Source: an uncultured Methanoregulaceae archaeon (lineage in GTDB: Archaea; Halobacteriota; Methanomicrobia; Methanomicrobiales; Methanospirillaceae). From it: 64,000 nt of DNA. Of the stretch, positions 63,185-64,000 are shown one piece after another (the stretch's first letter is position 1; every line of letters begins with the position of its first letter). The stretch is from contig OY969564.1 of assembly GCA_963701095.1 (NCBI GenBank), forward strand, positions 736,001 to 800,000. The letters are read 5' to 3'. The position numbers and the translations under genes were made by a program. Under the pieces are notes generated by a model. That model was not told where the DNA came from and searched no databases. It saw nothing but the letters and a program-made list of their open reading frames with translations.

Positions 63185-64000
63185 ATGAGCGACAATGATA
63201 CTAATGGTGGATTAATTCCTCCCGGCAGCGTTGAAGGGAACGCAGTGCAAGCCCTGCTCAATATCCTGAACAGTGCCACTTCACCGGAAATCCTGCAAGC
63301 TCAGGCAATTATGCTGCGGCGATTGGCCCTGGATGGCGATGTGGTCGCCTCGCGCATTCCGGCTCCACTGAACATTACGGAGATCGGCGGTTACATCAAC
63401 TTGGTCACGACCTTGGGAATGAATGACACCCGCACGCAGATGATCGCCAGCGTTCTGGGTGTTGCCGGTCCGAGCCAAGCATTGGGCTGGCTGCCGTCCC
63501 AGCCGACTCTGAGCTGGATCTCTATGCCCAACGACCGCCCCAGTGGACCGCTCCAGGGGACTCTTCCGGTCTCCTTTAGCATCCGGAGCGATTTCGAGCC
63601 TTCGATCTCACTTGCGCTCCAGGGAATACATGACCGCGGTTGTGCATTACCAATTCTTGCACCCACGCCCGCCCTTCCACCCTCGGGCTCCCCGCCTCCC
63701 ACGGATTTGTTGCCCCTGATCGGGCGCTCGCTCATGCTGGCGCCAACTATGGCGCTGGTGAACCCGGATTCGGATCCCCTCGCAGTGGCCCAGCTTCCGG
63801 GAGGCATTTGGCAGGTGGTATGCCGATGTTTGAGTGCCGGCCCTATAGGAGTTAATCCGGCAAATTGGTCGGCACTCGTAGGCAACTCAACCTCCTGCAC
63901 GGTATCCCCAGCGCCTGCTACGGGACGGCAGTACGTTCCTGTCGCCCCAATCTTGGCCAGTGCGGGTTTCGTACCAGCTTCTGTTGGCTACCAGCCCAAA
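63185..64000 (+). CDS. Hypothetical protein, truncated by window end
   Basis: Open frame MSDNDTNGG..LRRLALDGDVVASRIPAPLNITEIGGYINL; TATA-like tract ~63146. Confidence 0.7.
   Translation, partial: MSDNDTNGGLIPPGSVEGNAVQALLNILNSATSPEILQAQAIMLRRLALDGDVVASRIPAPLNITEIGGYINLVTTLGMNDTRTQMIASVLGVAGPSQALGWLPSQPTLSWISMPNDRPSGPLQGTLPVSFSIRSDFEPSISLALQGIHDRGCALPILAPTPALPPSGSPPPTDLLPLIGRSLMLAPTMALVNPDSDPLAVAQLPGGIWQVVCRCLSAGPIGVNPANWSALVGNSTSCTVSPAPATGRQYVPVAPILASAGFVPASVGYQPK

Larger units (their letters stand above)
50606..64000. mobile_element. Provirus-like element integrated at tRNA-Thr, extends beyond window
   Basis: att + integrase + RHH pair + BRO-N + DUF1064 + ParB; densely overlapping small ORFs. 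Confidence 0.85.

Noticed and set aside
63391..63900. 169-aa minus-strand ORF
   Set aside because: Antisense to the longer plus-strand frame starting at 63185

Overview
Archaeal genome segment, most consistent with Methanomicrobiales (Methanoregula-like): pscS, tbp, thiI, DUF2150/DUF5814, PEF-CTERM proteins and many PAS/HisKA_2 kinases. Positions 1-46000 are mostly host metabolic, transport and signalling genes. About ten genes across the window are split by indels, which probably reflects assembly error. Positions 46000-50600 hold three direct copies of an ~80-100 bp palindromic promoter/gene-start element that separate unrelated cargo genes. At 50606-50652 the 3' half of tRNA-Thr(GGT) marks an att site, and a provirus-like element runs from there past the window end. 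It carries an integrase, a divergent ribbon-helix-helix (RHH) gene pair, a BRO-N protein, a DUF1064 nuclease and a ParB plus ABC-ATPase-GNAT module. It also carries an AT-rich insert with a DUF262-HEPN pair and a membrane-anchored GGDEF protein whose guanine-binding residues are altered. That insert is the best candidate for an undescribed defence or nucleotide-signalling system. All family assignments come from motif recognition by eye, with no database search.
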